64,000 nt of DNA from an uncultured Trueperaceae bacterium (GCA_963727505.1 CAVSGP010000014.1:1-64000); one strand, 5' to 3'; counted from the first letter of the stretch, positions 1-11,153 are shown. Program-made: numbers and translations. The notes: generated from the sequence alone by a model not told the origin.

Positions 1-331
1 TGTTGTTGAGGAAGGCGCTCACGATGCTGACGGGGGCCATCACGCGGAGCTGGGCGCCCGTCGTGGTCGTGGGTCGACCCAGGACGCGCTGGCTGATCCA
101 GTAGACGGCACCCGTCTCGCGCAGGCCTGCGGCCACGATGTACAGGACGCCCACGGTGACGAGTCCCTGGTTCCCGAAGCCGGCCAGGGCCTCTTGCGGC
201 GCCAGCACGCCCGTGGCCATCAGGAGCGTGAGCACCCCGGCGAAGACCAGATCGGCGCCCACACGCGTGAACACCAGGACTGCCAGGGCTCCCAGCACCA
301 GGAAGGCGGTCAGTGCCGCGGCCGCAGTCAT
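1..331 (-). CDS. SLC13/CitMHS-family permease (Na+/sulfate- or dicarboxylate-type), 3' part outside window
   Basis: Not in ORF track. Manual translation from ATG at 331: [76 protein letters not shown]...[23 protein letters not shown] and SAFLNN are typical SLC13 N-terminal motifs. Confidence 0.8.
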   Translation of the reverse strand, partial: MTAAAALTAFLVLGALAVLVFTRVGADLVFAGVLTLLMATGVLAPQEALAGFGNQGLVTVGVLYIVAAGLRETGAVYWISQRVLGRPTTTTGAQLRVMAPVSIVSAFLNN

Positions 332-338
332 CGCACGA

Positions 339-1215
339 TCAGGGCTTCGGGCTGTCGACCAACGAGAGCAGGTAGCGCCCGTAGCCGTTCTTGCGCATCG
401 CGTCGGCCAGGCGCTTCACCGCTTCGGCGTCGATCCAGCCGTTCCGGTAGGCCACCTCTTCGGGACAAGCGATCTTGAGCCCCTGCCGCGCTTCGACCGT
501 CTCGACGAAGTTGGCCGCCTGCAGCAGGCTCTCGTGCGTCCCCGTATCGAGCCAGGCCATGCCGCGGCCGAGCACCTCCACGTGGAGGTGCGCCCTCGGC
601 CAGGTAGCGCAGGTTCACGTCGGTGATCTCCAGCTCGCCACGCGCGGAGGGCTTCAGCTCCCGCGCGAACTCGACGACGCGTGCGTCGTAGAAGTAGAGC
701 CCCGTGACGGCGTAGTGACTGCGGGGTTCGGAAGGCTTCTCCTCGAGGCTGACGACGCGGCCGGCCTCATCGAACTCGACGACGCCGTAGCGCTCCGGGT
801 CGCGCACGTTGTAGCCGAACACCGTGGCGCCGTCTTGGCGGGCGACCGCGTTCTTGAGCCGGCCCGTGAACCCGTAGCCGTAGAAGATGTTGTCGCCCAG
901 GATGAGCGCGACCCGGTCACCGGCGATGAAGTCCTCGCCGATCAGGAAGGCTTGTGCCAGCCCTTCGGGCCTCGGTTGCTCGGCGTAGGTGAGCTCGATC
1001 CCCCACTGGCTGCCGTCGCCGAGGAGCTCGCGGAAGAGCGGAAGGTCGCGCGGCGTGGAGATGACGAGGATCTCCCGGATGCCCGCGAGCATCAGCACCG
1101 ACAACGGGTAGTAGATCATCGGCTTGTCGTAGACGGGGAGAAGTTGCTTGCTGATGGCGAGCGTCGCCGGGTAGAGGCGGGTGCCACTCCCGCCTGCCAG
1201 GATGATGCCCTTCAT
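339..1215 (-). CDS. rmlA: Glucose-1-phosphate thymidylyltransferase (frameshifted near 588)
   Basis: [34 protein letters not shown]; the C-terminus ([21 protein letters not shown]) continues in another frame. Confidence 0.93.
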
Positions 1216-1216
1216 C

Positions 1217-2169
1217 TCACGCTTCCTCCTGCAGCCATTCGGCGAACAGGCGGACACCTGCCTCGAACGACATGCTCGGCTCATACCCGAGTAGCTCTCG
1301 GGCTCTCGTGATGTCCGCCCAGGTGTGGGGGACGTCGCCAGGTTGTGCCGGTAAGGACGTTCGCCTGGCACGTTGATCGAGGGCCGTCTCGACCGCGGAG
1401 ATCATCCCGTCCAGGGAGACCGTTCTGTCGTTGCCGAGGTTGATGATCTCGTACGGCGTGGCCTCGTAGTCCATGGCCGCCCGGGTCGCCGTGACGGTGT
1501 CACGCACATAGGTGTAGTCCCTGGAGGTGGTGCCGTCGCCGTAGACCGGGATGGGCCGACCCGCGAGCATGAGCCGGGCGAACTTGTGGATGGCGAGATC
1601 CGGCCGCTGGCGGGGCCCGTAGACGGTGAAGTAGCGCAGGCCGATGAAGCGCATGCCGTAGAGGTGGCTGTAGACGTGCCCGAGCAACTCGCCGCGACCT
1701 TGGTGGCGGCGTAGGGGCTGATGGGCCGGAAGACGGGATCGTCTTCCTTCCACGGCGCGTTCGGATTGGTGCCGTAGACGCTGCTGGACGATGCGAAGAC
1801 GAACTGGGGCGTTCCCCACGCGCGGGCCGCCTCGAGCAGCGCCTGGGTGCCGCCGACGTTGTTGTCCATGTAGCCGACGGGATCTTCCAGGCTGGGTCTC
1901 ACGCCTGCTTTGGCCGCCAGGTGGACGATGACGTCGATGGATCGCTCGGCGCAGGCGTCCAGGGCGGCCGCGTCCCGGAGGTCGCCCTCGACGATCTTCA
2001 GGTGCGGGTGGCCCCGGTGCTGCGCGAGGTTCCGCTCCTTGGTCTCGCGCGGATAGAAGGGGTCGTAGTTGTCGAGGACGGTGACGTCCCAGGTCCCCTC
2101 TGCGAGCAGGAGGTCCACCAGGTGGCTGCCGATGAAACCGGCGCCGCCGGTCACGAGCGCATGCCTCAA
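1217..2169 (-). CDS. NAD-dependent epimerase, UDP-glucuronate 4-epimerase-like (frameshifted near 1692)
   Basis: [35 protein letters not shown]; second half ([24 protein letters not shown]) is in another frame. Confidence 0.88.
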
Positions 2170-2216
2170 CGGCGGCTCCCTTCAAGGCGCACTTTCCCAT
2201 CACAGAGCAGTCCCGT

Positions 2217-3572
2217 TCATCGACCCACCCCGACGTAGGTGAAATCGGCTTCCCTCGCCGTCTCGGCGTGGAGCAGATTCCTGGCGTCGACCAGGAGGCT
2301 GCCCCGCATCTGCTGGCGCAGATCGGTGAGGGAGAGGTGCCGATACTCGTTCCAGTCGGTGAGGATGACGAGTGCGTCACAACCGGCCGCGAGACTGCGG
2401 GCGTCTTCGCAGTACGCGATGTCGAGATCGGGCCTGGTGCGCCGAAGGTTGTCGAGTGCGACGGGGTCGTGAAGGCGGACGTTGGCGCCTTGATCGAGGA
2501 GGCGCTCGATGACCGTGAGAGCGGGGGCGTCACGGATGTCGTCGGTGTTGCCCTTGAAGGCCACCCCGAGGATGCCGATGGTGGCACCCCGGAGGACCTT
2601 GAGGTGCTCCTGGAGCCTCTCAACGATGTGGGAGCGCTGGCGCCGGTTCACGTCGACGGCCGCCTGGACGATGTCCATCGGGTAGTTGTAGGTAGCAGCC
2701 GTCGCGATGATGGCACTGGTGTCCTTGCCGAAGCAGCTTCCGCCCCAGCCCGCCCCCGCATGGAGGTAGCGGGGCCCGATGCGGTCGTCGAGGCCGATGG
2801 CCCGGGCGACCTCGGTGATGTCGGCGCCGATGCGTTCGGCCAGGCCGGCGAACTCGTTGATGAAGCTGATCTTGGTGGCGAGGAAGGCGTTTGCCGCGTA
2901 CTTCGTCAGCTCGGCGGAGGTGGGGGTGGTCGTGATGAGGGCGGGGAGCACGTAGCGTTCGGGCCGCGGTGTCTGGGAGGGGGGCTCGAACGTCTGTTCG
3001 AGGAGGGGGGCATAGAGTTCCCTGAGCACGGCCACGGTGCGGTTGGAGGCCGAGCCGATGACGATCCGATCGGGGTAGAGGCTGTCCCTGACGGCGTTCC
3101 CCTCGGCCAGGAACTCGGGGTTCGAGGCCACGTCGACCTCTGCGTCGACGCCCCTCGCCTCCAGTGCACGCTGGAGGATCCCCTGGACGTGGCGGGCGCT
3201 ACCGATGGGGACGGTCGACTTGTTGACGACGACGAGGCGGCTGCCGTCCGCAACGCGCTCGGCGATCTCTTTCGCGGCGGTCTCGACGAAGACGAGATCG
3301 GCGTCGCCGTTGTCCTTGGGAGGGGTCCCAACGGCGATGATGACGACCTGGTCGCCACCCAGATCGGGAAGGTGATCCTGCGCATCGAACCTGCCCCGCG
3401 TCTCCCGGAGCATCTGTTCCAGGCCGGGCTCGTGGATGGTGGGTTCACCTCGACGTAGGCGCTCGACGATGGTCGGGTTCTTGTCTACGCACAGCACATC
3501 GTGGCCGATGTAGGCGAGGGAAACTCCTGTCGTCAAGCCTACGTAGCCGGCACCAACGATCGTCACGTTCAT
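2217..3572 (-). CDS. ugd: UDP-glucose 6-dehydrogenase
   Basis: GAGYVGL, KSTVPIG, SNPEFLAEG, KYAANAFLATKISFINE, GWGGSCFGKD. Confidence 0.95.
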   Translation of the reverse strand: MNVTIVGAGYVGLTTGVSLAYIGHDVLCVDKNPTIVERLRRGEPTIHEPGLEQMLRETRGRFDAQDHLPDLGGDQVVIIAVGTPPKDNGDADLVFVETAAKEIAERVADGSRLVVVNKSTVPIGSARHVQGILQRALEARGVDAEVDVASNPEFLAEGNAVRDSLYPDRIVIGSASNRTVAVLRELYAPLLEQTFEPPSQTPRPERYVLPALITTTPTSAELTKYAANAFLATKISFINEFAGLAERIGADITEVARAIGLDDRIGPRYLHAGAGWGGSCFGKDTSAIIATAATYNYPMDIVQAAVDVNRRQRSHIVERLQEHLKVLRGATIGILGVAFKGNTDDIRDAPALTVIERLLDQGANVRLHDPVALDNLRRTRPDLDIAYCEDARSLAAGCDALVILTDWNEYRHLSLTDLRQQMRGSLLVDARNLLHAETAREADFTYVGVGR

Positions 3573-3675
3573 CGTTCCACGTCCTTCTCCAGTTGGCAGT
3601 CTGGATCGCTGCGCGTCGCAAGAGCCCGCAAGGCGGGCGGGTCATCCATGCCGATGCGCGCGGATCCGGCCAGGC

Positions 3676-4735
3676 TCATGCCAGGCTACCGAGTCGTTCG
3701 AGCCGGTACCGCCCGGCCGTCACGGAGGTGCACCAGTCCCCGTGCTGCAGGTACCACTGCACCGTCGACGTGATCCCCTCCTCGAAGCTCCGCTGTGGTC
3801 GCCATCCGAGCTCCTGCCGGATCCTGGTTGCGTCCACGGCGTAGCGGAGATCATGGCCGGGCCGGTCCGGCACGAAGCGGATGAGGTCACGGCGGTCGCT
3901 ATCGGACGGCACCAGGTCCTCGAGCGCGTCCAGGATCGCGTGAACAACCTGCAGGTTGGTCCGTTCGTTGGAGCCGCCGATCAGGTACGTCTCACCCGGA
4001 CGCCCCTCGCTCATGGCGGCGAGCAACCCCGCGACGTGATCGTCCACGTGTAACCAGTCGCGCACGTTGGAGCCGTCACCGTAGACGGGCACCGTCTCGC
4101 CCGCCAGGGCCTTCAGGAGGGTGAGGGGGATCAGCTTCTCGGGGTACTGATAGGGACCGTAGTTATTGGAGCAGTTGGTGACGAGGACGGGAAGCCCGTA
4201 GGTGTGCCAGTATGCGCGGGCCAGATGGTCTGCACCGGCCTTGCTGGCCGCGTAGGGGGAACGCGGCCGGTAGGGGCTGTCCTCGGTGAACACGCCTTCC
4301 GCCCCGAGGCTGCCGTACACCTCGTCGGTAGAGACCTGCAGGAAGCGGAAGGCATCGCGCGCGGCGCCATTCAGGGACGTGAAGTGCCGTCGTGCGGCGT
4401 CGAGCAGACGTTGCGTACCCAGCACGTTGGTGCGCACGAACGCTTCGGGGCCGTCGATGGAGCGGTCGACATGGCTCTCCGCCGCCAGATGGAGCACGGC
4501 GTCGGGTGGCTCCTCCTCGAAGATGGAGCGCAGTCCGTCTCGCATCCGTGATGTCGAGCTCGACGAAGCGGTGGTTGGGCGCGTCTTCTACGTCGGCGAG
4601 GTTCTCGCGGTGGCCGGCGTAGGTGAGCGCATCGATGGTGACCACGCGCCGGTACCCGTCGTTCACGAGCCGCCGGACGACAGCGGACCCGATGAAGCCC
4701 GCGCCGCCGGTCACGAAGATGGTCCTATCCTTCAC
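3676..4735 (-). CDS. rmlB: dTDP-glucose 4,6-dehydratase (frameshifted near 4543)
   Basis: TGGAGFIGS and DALTYAG in the first frame; HLAAESHVDRSI, STDEVYG, SPYAASKA, NCSNNYGPYQYPEKLIP, DRPGHDLRYA in the second. Confidence 0.93.
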
Positions 4736-4762
4736 GTTATCCCCCGTCCTCTCGGCACCAGC

Positions 4763-5341
4763 CTACCCGGAAGTGCCGTCCGGGGCAGCGCCGTACGTGA
4801 AGCCGGACTCGAGGGTCGCCAGTGTCGGGAGGCGCTGGTCCTTCGCCGACACGATCGCGTCGGACACCCCCCACGCGACACCGATCGCGGGATCGTCCCA
4901 CCGGAGCCCACCCTCGGCTCCGGGCGCGTAGGGCGCGTCCACCTTGTAGAGCACGTCCGCGACCTCGCTCTGGACCGCGAAGCCATGGGCGAATCCGGCG
5001 GGCACGAAGAGCTGGTGGAGGGACACGTCGTCGAGGACGACGCCGACCCACTGGCCGTAGGTGGGAGACCCCACACGGATGTCGACGGCGACGTCGACGA
5101 TCGTCCCGCGAGCCACGGACACGAGTTTCGACTGCGCGTGGGGCGGCCGCTGGAAATGGAGGCCGCGGACGGTGCCACGGAGTGAGCGCGAGTGATTGTC
5201 CTGAACGAACGTCGCGTCGATGCCAGCCTCGACGTAGGCGTCGCGGCGATAGCGCTCCAGGAAGAACCCGCGCTCGTCGCGGTGCACACGCGGCGTGATG
5301 AGCTTGACCTCGGGGATCTCGAGCGGTTGGACGTCGAACAC
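4763..5341 (-). CDS. rmlC: dTDP-4-dehydrorhamnose 3,5-epimerase
   Basis: DERGFF, QDNHSRS, RGLHFQ, DVAVDIRVGSPTYGQW, GFAHGF. Confidence 0.95.
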   Translation of the reverse strand: MFDVQPLEIPEVKLITPRVHRDERGFFLERYRRDAYVEAGIDATFVQDNHSRSLRGTVRGLHFQRPPHAQSKLVSVARGTIVDVAVDIRVGSPTYGQWVGVVLDDVSLHQLFVPAGFAHGFAVQSEVADVLYKVDAPYAPGAEGGLRWDDPAIGVAWGVSDAIVSAKDQRLPTLATLESGFTYGAAPDGTSG

Positions 5342-5351
5342 GGTTCGAAGC

Positions 5352-6115
5352 TTAACGCGCAGAGGCGCTTCCTGGGTCGACGAGACGGGCTTTTAGCGCC
5401 CGCCATCGGGACACGTCCAGGGTGATGTCGTCGGGCAATTCGACGCCGGCCTCTCGCTTCGTCCCCGGGCGCACGTCCGGCCGGCGCCGCCGCGCCAGCT
5501 CGAACGCGCTCTTGCGCTCGGTGGCGATGTGGAGCGTGTCATACGGAATGTCGTCGAGGTGACGGATCGCCAGCGCGATGTCGGGCGCGATCACGTCCAC
5601 GTAGTCCTGCGAGGTGAACACGTCGGTGAACGCCACCGGGTAAGGCCACACGTTGGGCCGGAAACTCGTGCGGACGACGAGCGTGCCGGGCAGCGTGCGT
5701 GAAACCTCTTCCGCCGCCAGTTTGCTGAGGGCGTAGTAGTTGCGCACCGGCCCCGGCGGGTCGTCCTCGCAGTACCCCCGACCGTCGTGAGCGTCGTCGC
5801 CGTAGAACACGTAGTCCGTGGAGATGTGCACCAGTCGGGAGCCCGTCTCCCTGGCGGCCGCCACCACGGCGCGTGTCCCCCGTACGTTCACCTGCCAGCA
5901 CGCGGCGTGCTCCCGCTCCGCTCCGGCGACGTCGGTGTAGGCGGCCGCATGGATGACGACGTCGGGCCCATAGGCGCGGATCCGGTCCATGACCTCTCGT
6001 GATCGAGGAGATCGAGTTCGGTGTGCGTTGGTGCATGGAGTCCGGGGAGCAGCCCGCGAAGCGCTGTGCCGAGGACACCTCTGCCTCCCGTGAGGAGGAC
6101 GCGTGCACGATTCAT
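5352..6115 (-). CDS. rmlD: dTDP-4-dehydrorhamnose reductase (frameshifted near 5995)
   Basis: LLTGGRGVLG in the first frame; HAAAYTDV, HISTDYVF, YALSK in the second. Confidence 0.88.
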
Positions 6116-6174
6116 GATTCGAGACCAGTCATGCCAGGCCCACCCTCAGGAATGGACTACGGACCGCTCCGCTG

Positions 6175-7658
6175 TCAGCGATCGCTCGAACCGGTACCCA
6201 CGGGCTCGGAACCGGGCCCGCCTTCGGACCCCGTCGCGCGTAGCGTTGACGCCGGCGGGATCGACCGCTGGTGACTGCGCACGAGGCCTAGGGTTCCGGC
6301 CGCCGGTCGCTTGGGCGACTCGCCGTCCCCATGGACCCTTCCGATGCGCCCCGGGCGAAGGCTGTCCGCCCCCGGGTCTTCGGCGACCGCCGCGCGCAGG
6401 AACACGAACAACACCATCGCGAAGAACGCCAGCACGAAGGCCACGGCCGTCACCACGGCGGTCCGCTGCTCGACTGCGGCTGCTCCGGTACCGAGGCGCG
6501 TTGAACACGCCCGCCATGCTCGGCACCAGCTTGTCGGCCACATCGATGAGCGGCGCCGCCTGCGAGACCTTGTCGTACGCCTGCTGCGCGCTGTCGAGCT
6601 GACGCTGGAGCTGCTGCGCTGTCTGTTGCTGGGTCGCGAGCTGGCTCCGCAGGTCGCTCGCCTGCTTCGAGAAGCCGTCGAGCTGCTGGCCGACCGTCCG
6701 GCGCTCGGCGACGTAGCCCGCCAGGTCCGCGGTCTGCTGCTGGAGCTGGGCCCGCGCCACCAGGGTCGCGAGGTCCTGGCTCGCCGCACCGGGTGTGCTG
6801 GGCACCGAGGCGATGACGTCGGTGAGCTGCTGCGCCAGCTCCGGCGAGAGCACGCCCTGGTTGCTGAGCGCCTGCATCTGGGCCGCCAGATCGGCCGGCT
6901 TGCCCTGGCTGCGGGCGGCGACCACACTCTGGAGCATCGCTTGCTGCGCCTTGGCCGTCGCGACGCTACGGTCGAGCTCATCGAGCTTCTCCTGAGCGGA
7001 GGTGGTGCGGGTGTCGAGCGCGTCGAGCTGCGCCTGCAGGGAGCTGCGGTCGTCCTGCTTCTGGAAGCCCGCCCATTGCGTCTCGGCCTGGGTCAGCGCC
7101 GTCGTCAAGCTGGTGAGCTGGGCTGTTCATGGTCGAGCGCACGCCCCCGAGCGCCTTTCCGATCGAGCTGCGCGCGGCGTCGGCGCTGGCGTTGGCCCAG
7201 GCGTTCGCCAAGGCGGCCGCTCGCTTCGGGTCGGTGGACGTGACCTCCTGCGAAACGATCAGCGGGTCGCTCCCGCCCCCGGAGACCTTGGTCACCGTGA
7301 CCGCCTCGGCGAGCTGCTTCGCGCCGAAGTCACTCGGCAACGAGGGCGTCGCCTTGACGGCGCTCGCGAGCACGTCGTGCGAGAGCGCGACGGTGCGGTA
7401 GGCGTCGAAGCCGATCTGCGTCACCGAGTTGACGTCGATCATGTTCTGCTGGAGCTGGCCGTTCTGGAGCGTCTGCCCCTGCACCTGCAGGGGCGATACT
7501 CGCACCGTGGCGGTGGCCTGGTAGCGCTCCGGCTGGAGCTGCAGGACGGCGAAGGCGAGCACGGCGATGCCCACGGAGACGCCGAGGATCCAGCGCAGCC
7601 CGCCCTTGAAGATCAGGTAGAGCTCGCGCAGCGAGATCTCGTCCTGAGGCTCACCCAC
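6175..7658 (-). CDS. wzz: Wzz/GumC-type polysaccharide chain-length determinant (several frameshifts: near 7122 and about 6465-6500)
   Basis: N-terminal DEISLRELY plus TM, central Gln-rich coiled coil, C-terminal TM (RTAVVTAVAFVLAFFAMVLFVFLR), distributed over several frames. Confidence 0.8.
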
Positions 7659-7782
7659 GGCAGTCCCCGCGCGTCAAGGAAATCATCGAAGGTTTCGTCA
7701 TAGGCTCGTTCTCCGGTGTGGAGGGCGCGTGCTGGGAGCCAACCACGGTCTCGATTCTAGCGAGTATCGGCGTAGGGACCCC

Positions 7783-8835
7783 TCACACCCCACTCGCGCG
7801 CACCAACCCTTCGTCCTCCAACCGCTTCAACCACGGTTTCAGCTCCTGCAGGTCGAGGTGGAGTTGCTCCGAGGTCTGCTCCAGGGTGAGCCCGCCCCCC
7901 AGTGCCTCCAGGACGCGCTGCCCGACGCGCCCGAACGAGCTCCGGAAGTGCATGGCGAGCTCGGTCATGGGGTTGAGCGCGTCCTGGCCGCGGAGCGTCA
8001 GGGCGTAGCGCTGTTGCTCCCAGCCGGGCGGCTCGTCAGGGAGGTGGAGGTCGGGCATGGCGGCGTCGTCCTCCAGCAGGGCGAAACGGGTCGTCGGGCC
8101 GCCGGCGCCCCCCTCGATCTGCAGGTAGGGTTGGCCGTTGCGCACGAAGCGCGCGCCCTGCGCCTCCAGCACCAGGCCGTTGAAGGTGCTGGGGTCGGCG
8201 CTCGGGGCGCTGCGGCCCAGCGCCATGCCGAGCAGGCTGCGCACCAGGAGCGGGTCGAGGGCATCGAGCTCGAGCTCCGGCCCTTCCGGGTCGAGCCCGG
8301 CCCGCTGCAACACCCGCATGGCGTCGGTACCGACGTGCACGTGGCCCGCGCGCTCCGCCGCAGCGGCGCCGATGCGCCCCTGCAGGAACAGCGCCGCGGC
8401 GCTGCTCCCCGCGCTTCCGCTTCCAGCAGGGCCGCCCCCCTTGGCCGCGAACGACAGCGCCCCGTTGAAGGCGCTGCCCCGCAGCTGCTCCAGGAGCATC
8501 CTCAGGTCCACCAGGGCGGGCGGCAGGATCTTGGGCGGCCGGAAGCGCGGCATCGCCCGCAGCAGCGGGCTGGCGCTCTCCGGGCAGCGGCTCGGCAGCC
8601 GCGGCGCCTCGGCCGGCTCGTGGGGGTGCAGGTGGAAACCCTGCCCCGTCGCTTCGAGGCTGTCGTAGTGCCCGAGCTTGTAGCTGGCCTCGACCTGGCC
8701 CCGCGCGACCTGTAGCAGCACCGCGCCGTTCTCGGCCGACAGCGCCAGCGTTCCGCTGGCGCGTAGGCTGCGAAGGCCCTCGAGCAGATCCTGGCCGCTG
8801 AGCGCGCCGGTGGTGCCGATCAGCCCGAAGCTCAC
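7783..8835 (-). CDS. Hypothetical protein with DUF4388 (PatA-N)-like repeats and C-terminal winged helix
   Basis: DLLEGLRSLRASGTLAL and MLLEQLRGSAFNGAL...LFLQGRI resemble DUF4388; C-terminal RVLEALGGGLTLEQTSEQL...LKRLEDEGLV resembles a wHTH. Confidence 0.55.
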   Translation of the reverse strand: MSFGLIGTTGALSGQDLLEGLRSLRASGTLALSAENGAVLLQVARGQVEASYKLGHYDSLEATGQGFHLHPHEPAEAPRLPSRCPESASPLLRAMPRFRPPKILPPALVDLRMLLEQLRGSAFNGALSFAAKGGGPAGSGSAGSSAAALFLQGRIGAAAAERAGHVHVGTDAMRVLQRAGLDPEGPELELDALDPLLVRSLLGMALGRSAPSADPSTFNGLVLEAQGARFVRNGQPYLQIEGGAGGPTTRFALLEDDAAMPDLHLPDEPPGWEQQRYALTLRGQDALNPMTELAMHFRSSFGRVGQRVLEALGGGLTLEQTSEQLHLDLQELKPWLKRLEDEGLVRASGV

Positions 8836-8899
8836 GTGCCCCGCCTCACGGAACGCCGCGTGGCGCCGCTCGGCCCTGGAGCCCGCCCCGGGCCCAGGC

Positions 8900-9418
8900 T
8901 CACGCCCCGCCCTCCGAGCCGCTGTCGACTTCGGCCAGCAGGCGCTCGAGGAGATGCCGGTCCTCGTAGAAGCTCAGCCGCGCCAGCGCCTCCCCAGGCG
9001 GGACGAAGGCGCCGTCGGGGAAGAGCTTCTCGCGCAACACGGGCTCGCTGGCGTCGGTGCGCATGCGGAACCAGGTGATACGGCGCAGCTCGCCGCGGGG
9101 GTTGTGGTAGCTGGTGGTGAAGGTCTCGTCGGCGTCGTCGCAGCGGGCGGTGACGCCGGCTTCCTCCTCGATCTCGCGCACAGCGGTCTCGAGCGGCACT
9201 TCGCCCGACTCGATGTGCCCTTTGGGGAAGACCCAGGAGCCGCTCTGGTGCCGGATGAGCAGGACGTCGCCGTCGGCGTTGAACACCACGCCGCCCGCGC
9301 CACGAACGGCGTTGTCCCCCGCGGGATCGTCGCTCACGGCAACCTCGTCGCTCACGGCAACCTCGTCGCCTTCAGCGTCGGGGGTCTCGGAGGTGCGGCG
9401 CGGTGCGGATTCCGACAT
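8900..9418 (-). CDS. NUDIX hydrolase (Ap4A hydrolase/Ndx1-like)
   Basis: Nudix box GHIESGEVPLETAVREIEEEAG; AGGVVFN and WVFPKG. Confidence 0.88.
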   Translation of the reverse strand: MSESAPRRTSETPDAEGDEVAVSDEVAVSDDPAGDNAVRGAGGVVFNADGDVLLIRHQSGSWVFPKGHIESGEVPLETAVREIEEEAGVTARCDDADETFTTSYHNPRGELRRITWFRMRTDASEPVLREKLFPDGAFVPPGEALARLSFYEDRHLLERLLAEVDSGSEGGA

Positions 9419-9495
9419 GCTGCGGTCATGCTACCACCTGCCCGAGCTGCCCTCAGGGGCGACCCCCACGCGAACCGGGAGCGCTGCCGCCGCCT

Positions 9496-11043
9496 TCACC
9501 GCTGCGCCAGCATCCCCCCGCCGTGCAGGAACTCCAGGATGCCGGATGCGAGCCCCTGCGCGAGCTTCTCCTGGTAGTTGGAGGCGCGCAGGTCGGGCCC
9601 CTCGGTGGGGTTCGTCACGAACCCGATCTCCACCAGGATCGACGGGATGCGCGCGGTCCGCAGCACGTAGAACAGGTTCTTGCGCACGCCGCGGTCGGTG
9701 GCGCCGGTCGCCGAGATGAGGTGTTGCTGCACGTCGTCGGCCAGCGTCATGGAGAAGTTGAACTGGGTCTCGCGCAGGATCTGGCCGGCGATGTCGTCCG
9801 CCGTCTTGCGGGCCTTCTCGGTCAGGGCCTGGCCCTGCGCGCCGGAGCCGTTCTCCTGGATGGCGAGGTTGATGTAGTTGGGGTCCAGCGGCTTTCCGAA
9901 CACCCAGGTCTCGATGCCCGAGGCGCTCGCCACCGGCGCGCTGTTGGCGTGGATGGACACGAACAGGTTGCGCTCGGGTGTCTCGAACGCGGAGCGCTGC
10001 GCCAGCGTCAGGAAGGTGTCGTTGTCGCGCGTCATGATGACCTTGACGTTGTTGTCCTCGAGGATCTTCCGGACCTTGAGCGCGACGTCGAGCACGACGG
10101 CCTTCTCGACCGACCACTTCGACGATGTGCCGGGGTCCATGCCGCCGTGCCCGGGATCGATCACCACCACCTGCGGCTGCGGCTTGGGCGCGGCCAGAGC
10201 CTGGGGGGCACTGGGATCGCTCGAGAGCAGCTTGGCGATGGGCTGGCCCGTCAGCGAGGGCGCGAAGTCGACGTAGAGCGTCTTGGTGTCGCCCTTGTCG
10301 AGCGTGCCGACATCGAAACCCTTGCCCTCGGGATCGAGCGTGTAGCGGGTGTGCACGACCAGCGACGCCTTCCCGTTGCTCTGCGTGACGTCGACCTCGC
10401 TCAAGTTGGGGTCGCTCATCTTGGTGCTCTGGGCCTTGGCGTGGGCGTCGGGGAAGTGGACGACCAGTGCCTTGCCGTCAGCGGCCACGGTGTAGCCGGC
10501 AGCGGAGGGGAGATCGATCGCGACTCGCGATACCCCGTTCGTCAACCCGGTACGGGGGTCGGGCAGAGCGTAGCCGAGCTGGTCGGCGGTCTCGATGGTG
10601 ATGACGTGCTTGTCGCCGTTCCACGGGCTGATGCCACCGAAGGCGGCCACCGTCGGCGTGATCGGGACGTAGGCCGTGCCGTCCACCAGGATGGCCAGCA
10701 GGCTTGCCACGCTGCGGCCGCCGACGACCAGGCCACCGTCCTGCTTGACCAGGCCCTGGGGGATGTCGCCGGTGGCGCGGAACACGGCCTTGGTCGAGCC
10801 ATCCGAGAAGGTCAGCGTCTTCGCGTCGGCGTCGTACTTCACGTCGAGGTTCATGGCCTTCGCCAACGGCGCGGCCTTCGCGAAGGCGTCGACGTTGTCG
10901 CCCTGGTCGATGAAGTAGTAGGGGCCGGCAGCGTCGAGCAGGGCGCCGTTGACCGCGAGGTAGTTGACCTTCTGCTGGCCGCAGGCCAGACCTGCCATCG
11001 CGGCCGCCAGTGCCAGGAGGACCGTGAGGAAGGGGCGATTCAC
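9496..11043 (-). CDS. N-acetylmuramoyl-L-alanine amidase (Amidase_3) with signal peptide and N-terminal accessory (stalk/AMIN-like) domains
   Basis: VVIDPGHGGMDPG, EKAVVL, FVSIHANS, ILVEIGFVTN; GTG start at 11043 followed by a hydrophobic signal sequence. Confidence 0.9.
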   Translation of the reverse strand: MNRPFLTVLLALAAAMAGLACGQQKVNYLAVNGALLDAAGPYYFIDQGDNVDAFAKAAPLAKAMNLDVKYDADAKTLTFSDGSTKAVFRATGDIPQGLVKQDGGLVVGGRSVASLLAILVDGTAYVPITPTVAAFGGISPWNGDKHVITIETADQLGYALPDPRTGLTNGVSRVAIDLPSAAGYTVAADGKALVVHFPDAHAKAQSTKMSDPNLSEVDVTQSNGKASLVVHTRYTLDPEGKGFDVGTLDKGDTKTLYVDFAPSLTGQPIAKLLSSDPSAPQALAAPKPQPQVVVIDPGHGGMDPGTSSKWSVEKAVVLDVALKVRKILEDNNVKVIMTRDNDTFLTLAQRSAFETPERNLFVSIHANSAPVASASGIETWVFGKPLDPNYINLAIQENGSGAQGQALTEKARKTADDIAGQILRETQFNFSMTLADDVQQHLISATGATDRGVRKNLFYVLRTARIPSILVEIGFVTNPTEGPDLRASNYQEKLAQGLASGILEFLHGGGMLAQR

Positions 11044-11153
11044 TCTACGTTCGAGTCTAGCACGGCATTCCGCCGGAGTTGAGGGGAAATTCACGCCAGG
11101 GGCGGCATTTCTCGGCGCCGGGCGTGAGAAACGTGAAGGCTTCCCGGTTGGCC

